Shown piece by piece: positions 21,514 to 30,660 of a stretch of 64,000 nucleotides of DNA. The first letter of the stretch is position 1, and each line of letters opens with the position of its first letter. Made by a program: the position numbers and the translations under genes. Below the pieces are notes generated by a model, which was not told where the DNA came from, made no database searches, and was given only the letters and a program-made list of their open reading frames with translations. The DNA lies in the NCBI GenBank assembly GCA_965261395.1, contig OZ253462.1, positions 4,160,001 to 4,224,000 on the forward strand. Direction: 5' to 3'. Source of the DNA: Candidatus Latescibacterota bacterium (GTDB taxonomy: Bacteria > Latescibacterota > UBA2968 > UBA8231).

Positions 21514-22800
21514 GTGATCGCGGATGCGCTATTGGGGGAAGCCGTGTACCGAAGCTGCTTAGGAGGCGGCCTCGATGTATGGGCGGTGCCGCGGTCAGGC
21601 AGTCGGCAAAAAGCGGCCGTGTTGTACATAGACTACGGTTCGGTCGATCTACATGTACGCGCCCGCGACTCCGGGCAAGTACAGACCACACCCGCTGGAA
21701 CCGCGCACTTTCTCGAACACCGCCTTTTTGCCAAACCCTACGGCGACATTACCGAGCAAATCAACCGCCTCGGTGGCGATGTAAACGCCAGCACCAGTTT
21801 TACTTCAACCGTCTTTTCCCTGACGTGCATTGAGCATTTTGCCGCCCACCTAGGTTTGCTCTTCGAACTTGCGTTGGACTTGCACGTCCTGCCGGCTGGC
21901 GTCGCTCAGGAGCGCGAAATCATCGACCACGAGCTACAGATAAGCTGCGACGACCCGGAATGGGTCGGGTTTTTGCGCGGCCTCGAGGGATTGTACCAGG
22001 ATGCCCCCTTGGCGTGGGACATGGCCGGCACGCAGGAGAGCATCGGGCAGATCGACGCGGCCACGCTAACCTGTTGTCACGAGGTCTTTTACCGGCCTGA
22101 ATATATGGGGCTGTATTTGTGCGGGGATTTCGACGTCGAGGCCACTTGCGCGGCCGTCGAATCCACCTTGCTAAAGTACAACCGTCCGCGCTCCGCATGG
22201 GACCGAGTGAAGCGTCCAGTGGTGTTGCCGGCTCCGCAGCCGCTCGGGGCCTTGGCGCTGCCGGTCAGCCGGCCCTATACCTTGCTGTTTTTCGGCGACG
22301 ACAAGACGGGTCGGTCGGGCCGCGACTTGCTTTTGCGGGAATTGGCCTTGGAGCTGGCCTTGGACATTGCCTTGGGGCCGGCAAGCGACTTTTTTGCCGC
22401 GCATTACGAAGATGGTCTGATTGACGGCGACGCCTTTGGGGCCGAGGTCTATGCTGAGCCAACGTTCTGCTTTTGCACGGTGGGCGGATACACCCAGCAG
22501 AGCGAGCGATTGTGCGAGGAGATAGGTGCCGCATTGGTCGGCCTCGACGAATGCGTTGTGGCCGCGGATTTGGGCCGCGCCAAGCGCAAAGCCTACGGCC
22601 TGCTGCTACGCGCGTGGGAGCAAGCCGAGGACGTGGCCGATATGCTCTGCTCCGCCGCGGCTAGCGGGGCTGCGCCCAGCGTCTATTTTGACGTACACGA
22701 GCAGATCGCGGTCGGCGACATCCTCGAAGTGCTGGAGAGCTGCCTGTCGCCAGCGCATCTGAGCGCGATGCAGATTGTGCCCACGGGACGCGCGGAGTAA
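21514..22800 (+). CDS. M16 zinc peptidase, YmfH-like
   Basis: YGSVD, PAGTAHFLEHRLF, NASTSF..T, EREII..E, DMAGT.ESI, FYRP. Confidence 0.85.
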   Translation: MIADALLGEAVYRSCLGGGLDVWAVPRSGSRQKAAVLYIDYGSVDLHVRARDSGQVQTTPAGTAHFLEHRLFAKPYGDITEQINRLGGDVNASTSFTSTVFSLTCIEHFAAHLGLLFELALDLHVLPAGVAQEREIIDHELQISCDDPEWVGFLRGLEGLYQDAPLAWDMAGTQESIGQIDAATLTCCHEVFYRPEYMGLYLCGDFDVEATCAAVESTLLKYNRPRSAWDRVKRPVVLPAPQPLGALALPVSRPYTLLFFGDDKTGRSGRDLLLRELALELALDIALGPASDFFAAHYEDGLIDGDAFGAEVYAEPTFCFCTVGGYTQQSERLCEEIGAALVGLDECVVAADLGRAKRKAYGLLLRAWEQAEDVADMLCSAAASGAAPSVYFDVHEQIAVGDILEVLESCLSPAHLSAMQIVPTGRAE

Positions 22801-23777
22801 TGGCCGACAAGATCTATCGCTATTGGATCGCGGTGCCGAGCGGGTTGGAGGCGGTGGCACTCGACGAATTGTACGATCACGCGCCCGAGGTACAACAGGT
22901 CGAAGTCGAACCGGGCGGGCGCGTAGGCCAGATTTTCTTCACGTACAAGCGCAGCCCGGGGCGGCTGCTACAGCTACGCTCGGCCGTGCAGTGCGCCGGT
23001 TTAATCAGCCAGATGCACGGCGTTACGGTAGGTCGCCCGGGCCTTGAATACATATGCAAACGCATCGCCCGTTGCGATCTGACGCCGGTCAAAAGCCTCG
23101 CGCAGGCCCAGTCCGCTGAGATTGACACCCATGCTTTTGCCCTGAGCGCGACGCTGCGGGGCCGATATCGGTTCAGCACGGCCGAGCTGATCGCGGCCGT
23201 GACCGCGGTTTTGCGCGACAAGCACGGGTTGCGTCCAGGTAAAGGGCCGCATCTGTTGCGATTTCACTTACAGCTAACCGGGCGACGTGCCCTGTTGGGG
23301 CTGCGGCTGGGAACGGGACTAGCACCGAATGCGGCCGTGGCGTATTGCCTGGCCCGCTTGGTGGCCATGCAGCCGGGGGCGTGCGTCCTGTGGGCGCGCC
23401 GCGATCTTGGCGGGTTGGCCGCGCTACAAGAGGCGTTTGCACCGCGCCTGCTAGCAGGTATTCGAGCGCACCTAATCGCTGCACTGGATCATCTACCTCT
23501 CGTGGGTGCGCGTCTCGATTACGCGTTCAGCGTGGCCGGAGAAAACCCTGCCGCTGAGTTGGCCGAATTGGCGCGAGTGTTGCGAGCAGGTGGAATCGCC
23601 GTAGTCCAAGTTGCCGATTTCGACCACTTTATCGCTCTTTTGGAAGCCGGAGACTATCCTCTGGAAGTCTTGGCCGACTTGGAGATACACGAGCGAGGGC
23701 GGACGTACCGGCTGGTCGTTCTTGAACGTTTGGAAGAAGAAGAGGCTGGGCTCTTACAGGTGGAGCGGTGGAGTTAG
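22800..23777 (+). CDS. THUMP-like domain plus degenerate methyltransferase
   Basis: VPSGLEAVALDEL (THUMP-MTase N-terminus), VAYCLARL, ELARVLRAGG; SAM motif I not recognisable. Confidence 0.55.
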   Translation: MADKIYRYWIAVPSGLEAVALDELYDHAPEVQQVEVEPGGRVGQIFFTYKRSPGRLLQLRSAVQCAGLISQMHGVTVGRPGLEYICKRIARCDLTPVKSLAQAQSAEIDTHAFALSATLRGRYRFSTAELIAAVTAVLRDKHGLRPGKGPHLLRFHLQLTGRRALLGLRLGTGLAPNAAVAYCLARLVAMQPGACVLWARRDLGGLAALQEAFAPRLLAGIRAHLIAALDHLPLVGARLDYAFSVAGENPAAELAELARVLRAGGIAVVQVADFDHFIALLEAGDYPLEVLADLEIHERGRTYRLVVLERLEEEEAGLLQVERWS

Positions 23778-24013
23778 GGAAGCCAGCTATTAGACAGGAT
23801 GTATATGGAGCGTCCTTTTCGTCTTCGTTTGCGGCGAGTTCAGCGGCTTGTCGGCTCGGATAATCACGGTAGCTAGGGTCTATTCGGCAAAATAGCCTTG
23901 ATCCGATGAAGAATGTGGTAGGGACTCGCCATTATTGCGCATCGGTCGAGTTGGTCGGATATTCATTTAACTGAATATGCTTTTTTCAAGTTAACAGCTT
24001 CTGAGATGGACTC

Positions 24014-25303
24014 ATGTCAGTATCTAAATCCGCAACAGCCTTCGCCCAAGCACAGCAGGTCATTCCCGGGGGCGTAAACAGCCCTGCCCGGGCTTTCGGC
24101 GCGGTGGGCGGTGGTCCTCGCTTTATCGACCGAGGGGCTGGTTCGCGGTTGTTTGATATCGACGGCCGCGAATACATCGACTACGTGTGCTCTTGGGGGC
24201 CGCTCATTTTCGGCCATGCTCATCCCCGCGTTGTAAAGGCTGTGCAAGAAGCCTGCGCGAAGGGGACCAGTTTCGGTGCCCCGACCGAACTGGAAATCGC
24301 GCTGGCCGAACGTATCGTAGAGATAGTGCCCTCCATCGAAATGGTGCGGATGGTGAGTTCGGGGACCGAGGCCACGATGGCGGCGGTGCGCTTGGCCCGC
24401 GGCCATACCGGCAGGGACAAAATCGCCAAATTCGAAGGCTGCTGGCACGGGCATGGGGACAGCTTCTTGAGCGAGGCCGGGTCTTCGGCCCTGACCTTAG
24501 GAGTCCCCACGAGCCCGGGCGTACCGCAAAGCGTGGTTGATTCGACCTTGACGCTGCCGTATAACGACGCAGACGCCGTGCGCACGGCCGCGCGGGAAAA
24601 CAGCGGCCAGATAGCTGCCATCATCGTCGAGCCGGTGGCTGGCAACATGGGGACCGTGCCCCCGCGTGAGGGGTTTCTCCCCGCGCTGCGCCAAATAGCC
24701 GACGAAGAGGGTGTCGTCCTCATTTTCGACGAGGTTATTACTGGGTTTCGCGTCGGCCCGGGCGGGGCGCAAGAGCGCTATGGCGTGATGCCCGACCTGA
24801 CCTGCTTGGGCAAGATCGTCGGGGGCGGCTTGCCGGCCGCCGCGTACGGCGGCAAGCGGGAGATCATGGAAAACGTGTCGCCGCTGGGCATCAAGGTCTC
24901 GCAGGCCGGCACCTTATCGGGCAATCCCCTCGCTATGGCCGCTGGCTTGGAGCAATTGAACATGCTGTCCGAACCCGGAATTTACGAAACGCTAGAGAGT
25001 CGCTGCGCCGACTTAGCGGCCGGCATGGCTGACAACCTGCAAAAATTGGGCTTGAACTACGCGCTCAACCGGGTCGGTGCCATGCTCTGCATGTTTTTTA
25101 CCTCGTGCCCGGTGGTGGATTTTGCCAGCGTCGGCACGGTCGATCTAACGCGCTTTAAGCGCTACTTCTGGGCTTGCCTAGAGCGGGGTCTCTATCTGGC
25201 TCCTTCCCAATACGAATGCATGTTCCCCTCGCTCGTCCACGGGGAAGGGGATATCGAAGAAACCCTCCGCATTCACTTTGACGCGCTCAAGGCCGTGCAT
25301 TGA
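24014..25303 (+). CDS. hemL: Glutamate-1-semialdehyde 2,1-aminomutase
   Basis: IPGGVNSPARAF, DYVCSWGP, SGTEATM, FDEVITGFR, LGKIVGGG, QAGTLSGNP. Confidence 0.97.
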   Translation: MSVSKSATAFAQAQQVIPGGVNSPARAFGAVGGGPRFIDRGAGSRLFDIDGREYIDYVCSWGPLIFGHAHPRVVKAVQEACAKGTSFGAPTELEIALAERIVEIVPSIEMVRMVSSGTEATMAAVRLARGHTGRDKIAKFEGCWHGHGDSFLSEAGSSALTLGVPTSPGVPQSVVDSTLTLPYNDADAVRTAARENSGQIAAIIVEPVAGNMGTVPPREGFLPALRQIADEEGVVLIFDEVITGFRVGPGGAQERYGVMPDLTCLGKIVGGGLPAAAYGGKREIMENVSPLGIKVSQAGTLSGNPLAMAAGLEQLNMLSEPGIYETLESRCADLAAGMADNLQKLGLNYALNRVGAMLCMFFTSCPVVDFASVGTVDLTRFKRYFWACLERGLYLAPSQYECMFPSLVHGEGDIEETLRIHFDALKAVH

Positions 25304-25776
25304 ACGCAGTGAATTCCAATAGGCTGTGGATGCTCGCTTGGACAGTCCTCTGGGTCGGGGGATGCTCTGACAGCGATGTCCGCGAAGCCGAACCGGCCCC
25401 CGAACCCGCTGGCCGTCGCGAAATAGTCATCTTGACGCCGGCTGATTCTGTGTCCGCCCCGGATGATCCCAGCGGTCCCACGGATGCTAGCGATCCCACT
25501 GACCCCAGTGATGCTAGCGATGCTAGCCCAGTATTTTTTGATCCCGACGGCCAATTCACCATTCAAGTCGGCGTCTATCGAGATGCGAAACGCGCCGAGC
25601 AGAAGGTGCGTGGATTGAAGGACGAGGGCTATCCGGCTTATAGCGTGCAGAGCGATGCTGGCATGCGGGTGCGGATCGGCTATTTCACCAATCGCGCCGA
25701 CGCCGACCGCTTCGGTCGAATTTTTGCCAAGGATCGCGGAGTCGAGTATTGGATAGCCCGGCGCGCCAATGAATAA
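25300..25776 (+). CDS. SPOR-domain lipoprotein
   Basis: WVGG-C lipobox, D/S/P-rich linker, FTIQVGVY...RVRIG.F. Confidence 0.8.
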   Translation: MNAVNSNRLWMLAWTVLWVGGCSDSDVREAEPAPEPAGRREIVILTPADSVSAPDDPSGPTDASDPTDPSDASDASPVFFDPDGQFTIQVGVYRDAKRAEQKVRGLKDEGYPAYSVQSDAGMRVRIGYFTNRADADRFGRIFAKDRGVEYWIARRANE

Positions 25777-26179
25777 GACTCGCGTATTGTGCTGCGGCAC
25801 TTTTGATTACCTACACCCAGGGCACCGCTCCTTTATCGCGCAGGCGGCTGCGCTGGGCGATGAACTGTTCGTCGTGGTCGCTCGCGACGAGAACGTCCGG
25901 CGCATCAAGGGGCATTATCCCGATCAATCCCAAGAAGAGCGCAAAGCCGCGCTGGCGAAGCTGCCCGAAGTCACCGAGGTCCGCCTCGGCCACGAGGGGT
26001 GCAACTTTTTGCGCATCGTCGGCGAGGTCGCGCCCCACGTTATTGCCCTCGGCTACGACCAAAGGAGGCCAGCGGGTTTGGCCGAAGCCTTCCCCCAATG
26101 TGAAATCGTCGTGCTCCAACCCCATTGCCCCGAGCAGTTTAAGTCGTCCATCTTCCGGCGTCGGGAAGGCCGCACTTGA
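25769..26179 (+). CDS. Archaeal-type FAD synthase (RibL-like cytidylyltransferase family)
   Basis: GTFDYLHPGH, LGDEL.VVVARDENV...KG, ER, LG, P.VIALGYDQ, KSS. Confidence 0.75.
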   Translation: MNKTRVLCCGTFDYLHPGHRSFIAQAAALGDELFVVVARDENVRRIKGHYPDQSQEERKAALAKLPEVTEVRLGHEGCNFLRIVGEVAPHVIALGYDQRRPAGLAEAFPQCEIVVLQPHCPEQFKSSIFRRREGRT

Positions 26180-26727
26180 GTCCCTTGCCCCAGCTCATCC
26201 TCTGGTATGGGCGCGAGGCGGCCCCGGCCTTGCCGGAGATGGCCGGCTATCGGTTGCGGACGTACCAGCCGGACGACGAGGAGGGTTGGTTGGCCCTATT
26301 GCAGGCCAACGGCGAATTAGGCCGTTGGGACCGGCAGCGGCTAGAAGACGTACTGGAAGGAACCCGGGTCCAGCTCTTTGTCGAGTGCGAAGGGCAAATC
26401 GTCGCCTGTACGGGTTGCAACGACCGCACTCGCGAGCTGCGGCCGTGCTGGGAAATGGGTTGGGTTGCGGTCCACCCGGCCTTTCAGGGGCGCGGCCTAG
26501 GCAAATTCATCGTCGGGGCGGCCGTGGCCCAAGCCAAGGCGCTAGGTCCTCGGCCCATATACCTGCTGACCGACGACTTCCGCATCCCGGCCCTGCGCTG
26601 CTATCTCAAGTTGGGCTTCGCGCCCAATAACAGTCATCCATCCTACCCGCGCCGGTGGGCCGACATCTTTGCCCGTTTGGGGGCGGATTATCAGGCCCTA
26701 AAACCCGAGTTCGTCGCCTCAGCCTAG
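26176..26727 (+). CDS. GNAT acetyltransferase
   Basis: VAVHPAFQGRGLG, ALRCYLKLGF. Confidence 0.88.
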   Translation: MSPLPQLILWYGREAAPALPEMAGYRLRTYQPDDEEGWLALLQANGELGRWDRQRLEDVLEGTRVQLFVECEGQIVACTGCNDRTRELRPCWEMGWVAVHPAFQGRGLGKFIVGAAVAQAKALGPRPIYLLTDDFRIPALRCYLKLGFAPNNSHPSYPRRWADIFARLGADYQALKPEFVASA

Positions 26728-26832
26728 TGGAGTTTTTCTTCCCTGTAGTCTATCTTGTCGGTAGTAGGTCCCCTACCTGCCTAGGCCAACGTTGACGGCC
26801 CCTATTACGTTGGCCGGACTGTGGAGCAACCC

Positions 26833-28410
26833 ATGATACAGATGGACCCCAGAGCGGGACGGACGGCTAGGCGCAAACTGCCCATCGGCATTCAGACCTT
26901 TCGCGAGATCCGCGAGGAACACTGCTACTACGTCGATAAGACCGCCTACATCGGGCGGTTGGTCGCCGAGGGCAAGCACTACTTCCTGTCGCGGCCTCGC
27001 CGCTTTGGCAAGAGCCTGTTTCTCGATACCCTGAAGGAGTTGTTCGAGGGCAACGAGCCGCTGTTTGAGGGGCTGGCCATCCACGATCAGTGGGACTGGT
27101 CGGTTGTCCATCCGGTGCTGCGGCTCGACTTTAGCAGCGGCAATTTCAAGGAGCCGGGCGATCTACACAAGGACGTGATGGAGCAGTTGGACGCCATAGA
27201 GAGCGAGGTTTCGGTCCGGTCCAGCTACGACACGGCCCGGGGGCGTTTCCGGCATTTGATTCAGATGCTGCATCAACAGATCGGCCAGCGAGTAGTGGTG
27301 CTGATTGACGAGTACGACAAGCCGATTCTCGACGCGCTGGAGGTGCCGGAGGTAGCCCGGGCCAACCGCGATTACCTGCGCGGACTGTATTCGACCATCA
27401 AGTTTGGCGACGCGCACCTCAAGTTCAGCTTTCTCACCGGCGTGAGCAAGTTTTCCAAAGTCAGCCTGTTCTCCGGCCTCAACAACCTCAAGGACATTAC
27501 CTTGGACCCGCGCTACTCGGCCGTCTGCGGCTATACCGAGGCGGACTTAGACGCGGTGTTCGCCCCGGAACTGTCTGGCTTGGATCGAGAGGAAATTCGG
27601 CGCTGGTACAACGGCTACAACTGGCTGGGCGAGGAACAGGTGTACAACCCCTTCGACGTCCTCCTGCTGTTCGACCGCCGCCAGTTCGGAGCCTACTGGT
27701 TCGAGACGGGTACGCCGACGTTTCTGCTCGAGACATTGCTGGCGCGTGGGATCAGTGCCCTCGCCTTGGACGACATGCTCGGCAGCGAGGAGTTGCTGTC
27801 GGCGTTTGACGTGGATCACATTGCGACCGAGGCGCTGCTGTTCCAGACTGGCTACCTAACCATTCGCCGCACCGAGCCGCGCGGCGGGCGGATGTATTAT
27901 CGGCTGGGCTACCCTAACCGGGAGGTGCAGCAAAGCCTGAACGAGAGCCTGCTAAACCACCTGACGGGCAATCCTGTGCGTCAGGCCGAGCACAGCGCCC
28001 GGCTGTATGATCTGCTGCTGGGCAACGACTTCGACGGCTTGAAAACGCTGTTCGAGTCGTTCTTTGCCAGCATTCCGTATCAGTGGCATACCAACAACGA
28101 AATTGCGAACTACGAGGGCTACTATGCCAGCGTGTTCTATTCCTACTTTGCGTCGCTGGGGCTGGCGATCACAGTGGAGGACAGCAGCCAAGCGGGTCGC
28201 TTAGACATGGCAGTGGAGTTCAATGGGAACGTGTATCTGTTCGAGTTCAAGGTGGTGGAACGGGCATCGGCCGGGGCGGCGCTGCGGCAGTTACACGAGC
28301 GGGACTACGCGGCCAAGTATCGCGGTCTCGGTGAAGCGATTTTCCTAATTGGGGTGGAGTTTAGCCGAGAGACGCGCAACGTGGCCGCCTTTGAGGTGGA
28401 ACGGGCGTGA
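26833..28410 (+). CDS. AAA-ATPase-like protein with C-terminal PD-(D/E)XK (DUF1703-type) domain
   Basis: LPIGIQTF, YYVDKT, RPRRFGKS, LIDEYDKP, WFETGTP, GRLDM..YLFEFK. Confidence 0.92.
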   Translation: MIQMDPRAGRTARRKLPIGIQTFREIREEHCYYVDKTAYIGRLVAEGKHYFLSRPRRFGKSLFLDTLKELFEGNEPLFEGLAIHDQWDWSVVHPVLRLDFSSGNFKEPGDLHKDVMEQLDAIESEVSVRSSYDTARGRFRHLIQMLHQQIGQRVVVLIDEYDKPILDALEVPEVARANRDYLRGLYSTIKFGDAHLKFSFLTGVSKFSKVSLFSGLNNLKDITLDPRYSAVCGYTEADLDAVFAPELSGLDREEIRRWYNGYNWLGEEQVYNPFDVLLLFDRRQFGAYWFETGTPTFLLETLLARGISALALDDMLGSEELLSAFDVDHIATEALLFQTGYLTIRRTEPRGGRMYYRLGYPNREVQQSLNESLLNHLTGNPVRQAEHSARLYDLLLGNDFDGLKTLFESFFASIPYQWHTNNEIANYEGYYASVFYSYFASLGLAITVEDSSQAGRLDMAVEFNGNVYLFEFKVVERASAGAALRQLHERDYAAKYRGLGEAIFLIGVEFSRETRNVAAFEVERA

Positions 28411-28425
28411 ATCTCTGACTTCTCA

Positions 28426-28773
28426 TTATCCGCCTAATTCTTCCATCACCGCTTTTGTTATCCGCTTAGCCAGTCTGATCTCTTCCAACTTTTTCGTCGA
28501 TAGATATAGGCAAAATTCTCGCAGTTCTCGGCCTTTTTCCGGTTGCATTTCTTCTTCATATCCTATCAAGTCCACTAACTGCGTCCGCAACGCTTTTGAA
28601 ATTTTGTAGAGCGTTTCTAAGCTCGGCGTTGCTCTCCGACCCTCGATCTTCCTGATTCCGTCCACGCTAAGTCCTGCCTGTTCGGCTAGCTTTTCTTGGG
28701 TTATCCCTGTCTGGCGGCGCAACTGCTGCACCCTATAGCAGACCTCATTCCTGACATTCATACCAGTATCCAT
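28426..28773 (-). CDS. XRE-family HTH transcriptional regulator
   Basis: LRRQTGITQEKLAEQAGLS...IRKIEG...PSLETLYKISKAL. Confidence 0.9.
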   Translation of the reverse strand: MDTGMNVRNEVCYRVQQLRRQTGITQEKLAEQAGLSVDGIRKIEGRRATPSLETLYKISKALRTQLVDLIGYEEEMQPEKGRELREFCLYLSTKKLEEIRLAKRITKAVMEELGG

Positions 28774-28927
28774 ATCGGGTACATTTTCTCTTAAGTAACC
28801 TACTTTTTCTTAAACTGTTGTATTTATTGGAATAATAACAGGTATCATAAGGCATGTTATGAAATTTACTTATTGACTTCTATACATGTTTTTCTTTATT
28901 TATTGCCTCAATAGGCATTTTTCGTGG

Positions 28928-28959
28928 GTCAGATGCTTTGAACGTCAGATGCTTTGAAC
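28928..28959. repeat. Perfect 16-bp tandem duplication
   Basis: GTCAGATGCTTTGAAC twice. Confidence 0.9.
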
Positions 28960-29207
28960 TGCGTGAGAAACTGCAACCCTATTCTATTATCAAGTATCAA
29001 GACGCCTCTTGGAAAGGAGGGTTTATAGTTGAACAGCATTAGTCAATTCGCAGTCCACTAATTCTGGCCTTTAGGGTCGGAGTCATTTCGTACAGAATAC
29101 CATTGCTTTCGTCGCCTGTTTCAGTAATTGGCTGAAATGGACAATCACACACCGCCAAAGGGTTCATTTGAAATCCCTTTATTGGCATAGTTAGAGGAGG
29201 CCTATTT

Positions 29208-30206
29208 ATGGCTACGTTTAATGGGGGCCGAATGGTGGCCCTTCTTCTTTCCGTGTTGTTCGCTCTGAACGTGTCTTTCGCTCAGGACGGCAAGAAGACG
29301 GTTGTTGTCTATATGGATGATCCTATTCCGGTTGATGAGCAACTTGCGCCGGAAGCGAGGGAATATCTAGACAAATTGAATGACCCTTTCACTTGGGAGA
29401 CTGAGCAAGATTTTCGGGATGCGAGAGACGCTCAGATAGCCCAGGTGAAGAAGGACAATGAGACGCGGGAACAAAAAGCTGAGGATTTCTTAAGGGAAGA
29501 TATGGCTCAGAATGGTACAAGCTCTTGGTATCCGTCTTGGATTCCTTTGGGCTTTGCTAAAACTTGGGAGGACTCGCTTTTCAAGAATGCTCTAAACCTT
29601 CGGGGGGGGAGGCCCTACATAACAGGTCTAAGGGCGGGCCAACGACAGCTCTTGAGAGAGTTTTTTGAACTGGACGGAACTGAGCCTTACGAAGATAGTC
29701 CTGATGGCTTTCGGAGATGTGATGATACAAAGCCGCGCTGTCGCAAGAACCTTTATTCTCTATTCAGGAGCTTGGTTAACACCTACGACGCGTCCCTAGT
29801 ATCGCCTGACCCAATATCGCCGTCCCTACTATTTCCAGCCCTAATATGGCCGTCCCTACCGCCGTCCCTACCGCCGTCCCTACTATTGCCGGACGCGTCC
29901 CTAGTATCGCCTGATCTAATATCGCCGATTGCTGCTCCTCGCATTATTTCGTTTACGATCGAGGCGGCGTCTTCTACAAGCTCCAGCTTTGGGGATTCTC
30001 TTGGTTATGTGGACGAACTAAATGAAGAAGGAAACCCAGGGCAACCGAGTACGTTCGTAGCGTTTAACTGGGACAGTATTAGGCTTTTGCAGGAAGCGAC
30101 TATAGACCCGGATTCTCTCTCTTTTCATGTTAGGCCGGCGGCTAAGCCTGTCTCTTCCTCTGAGACTTCCTCTTGGGGCCGTATCAAGGAGACATTTGCC
30201 GATTAA
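29208..30206 (+). CDS. Secreted hypothetical protein with SSWGRIK C-terminus (paralog X1)
   Basis: GGAGG SD, signal peptide ending SFA-Q, clear homology to 36758-37627. Confidence 0.85.
   Translation: MATFNGGRMVALLLSVLFALNVSFAQDGKKTVVVYMDDPIPVDEQLAPEAREYLDKLNDPFTWETEQDFRDARDAQIAQVKKDNETREQKAEDFLREDMAQNGTSSWYPSWIPLGFAKTWEDSLFKNALNLRGGRPYITGLRAGQRQLLREFFELDGTEPYEDSPDGFRRCDDTKPRCRKNLYSLFRSLVNTYDASLVSPDPISPSLLFPALIWPSLPPSLPPSLLLPDASLVSPDLISPIAAPRIISFTIEAASSTSSSFGDSLGYVDELNEEGNPGQPSTFVAFNWDSIRLLQEATIDPDSLSFHVRPAAKPVSSSETSSWGRIKETFAD
29786..29927 (+). repeat. Degenerate 12/15-bp tandem repeat in X1 (P-S-L-x-x)
   Basis: Units such as CCGTCCCTACTATTG, GCGTCCCTAGTATCG, CCGTCCCTACCG. Confidence 0.75.
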
Positions 30207-30221
30207 CCTGTGTGGATATGA

Positions 30222-30258
30222 TAAGTCCCGGTTAGGCAATGGGTCTGGCCGGGACTTA
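30222..30258 (+). other. Conserved hairpin after X1
   Basis: TAAGTCCCGGTTAGG/TCTGGCCGGGACTTA; homolog at 37638-37671. Confidence 0.75.
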
Positions 30259-30352
30259 ACCATTCTACAACCAGTGCTCAAAGGCCCGTTCCGTTTGCTG
30301 CTCCTTTGAGCGCATACAGCACTCTTTCTCTGGGATATAAGACCGCTTGCGT

Positions 30353-30384
30353 GGTGAGTGCCTGCTCAGGATTCCGGGGATTAA
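30353..30384 (+). pseudogene. Orphan remnant of an FGE-gene 3' end
   Basis: GGTGAGTGCCTGCTCAGGATTCCGGGGATTAA versus gene ends such as GGTGTGCGCCTGCTCAGGATTGCGGGGGATTAA. Confidence 0.7.
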
Positions 30385-30426
30385 TTGCCTGTTACCACTA
30401 ACCTAGTTAACGAGCTCATTTAAATA

Positions 30427-30660
30427 CTGATGTTACGCAGCTTTTGTCATGCCTGCGAAAGCAGGCATCCAGAGTACCCCTCGGTGGTTCGGGCTTCGGT
30501 GTGCTCCGCCCAACCGCTGAGCGACTCGACTAAGCACCCCGAAGCCTGCCCCCGCGAAAGCGGGGGTCCGCATCGTGCGCGGAACTGGATTCCCGCTTTC
30601 GCGGGAATGACATGAATGGGCGGCAGGAAGCCACAGACGATAACGACTGCGTAACATCAG
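30427..30660. mobile_element. MITE (234 bp) with internal dRS3/REP-like palindromes
   Basis: 14-bp TIR CTGATGTTACGCAG (30427-30440 and 30647-30660), 7-bp direct repeat TTAAATA on both flanks. Confidence 0.82.

Noticed and set aside
26833-28410. AAA/PD-(D/E)XK gene as a defence system or part of the array
   Set aside because: Common stand-alone family, converges on the XRE gene, and has no partner genes to support a system call
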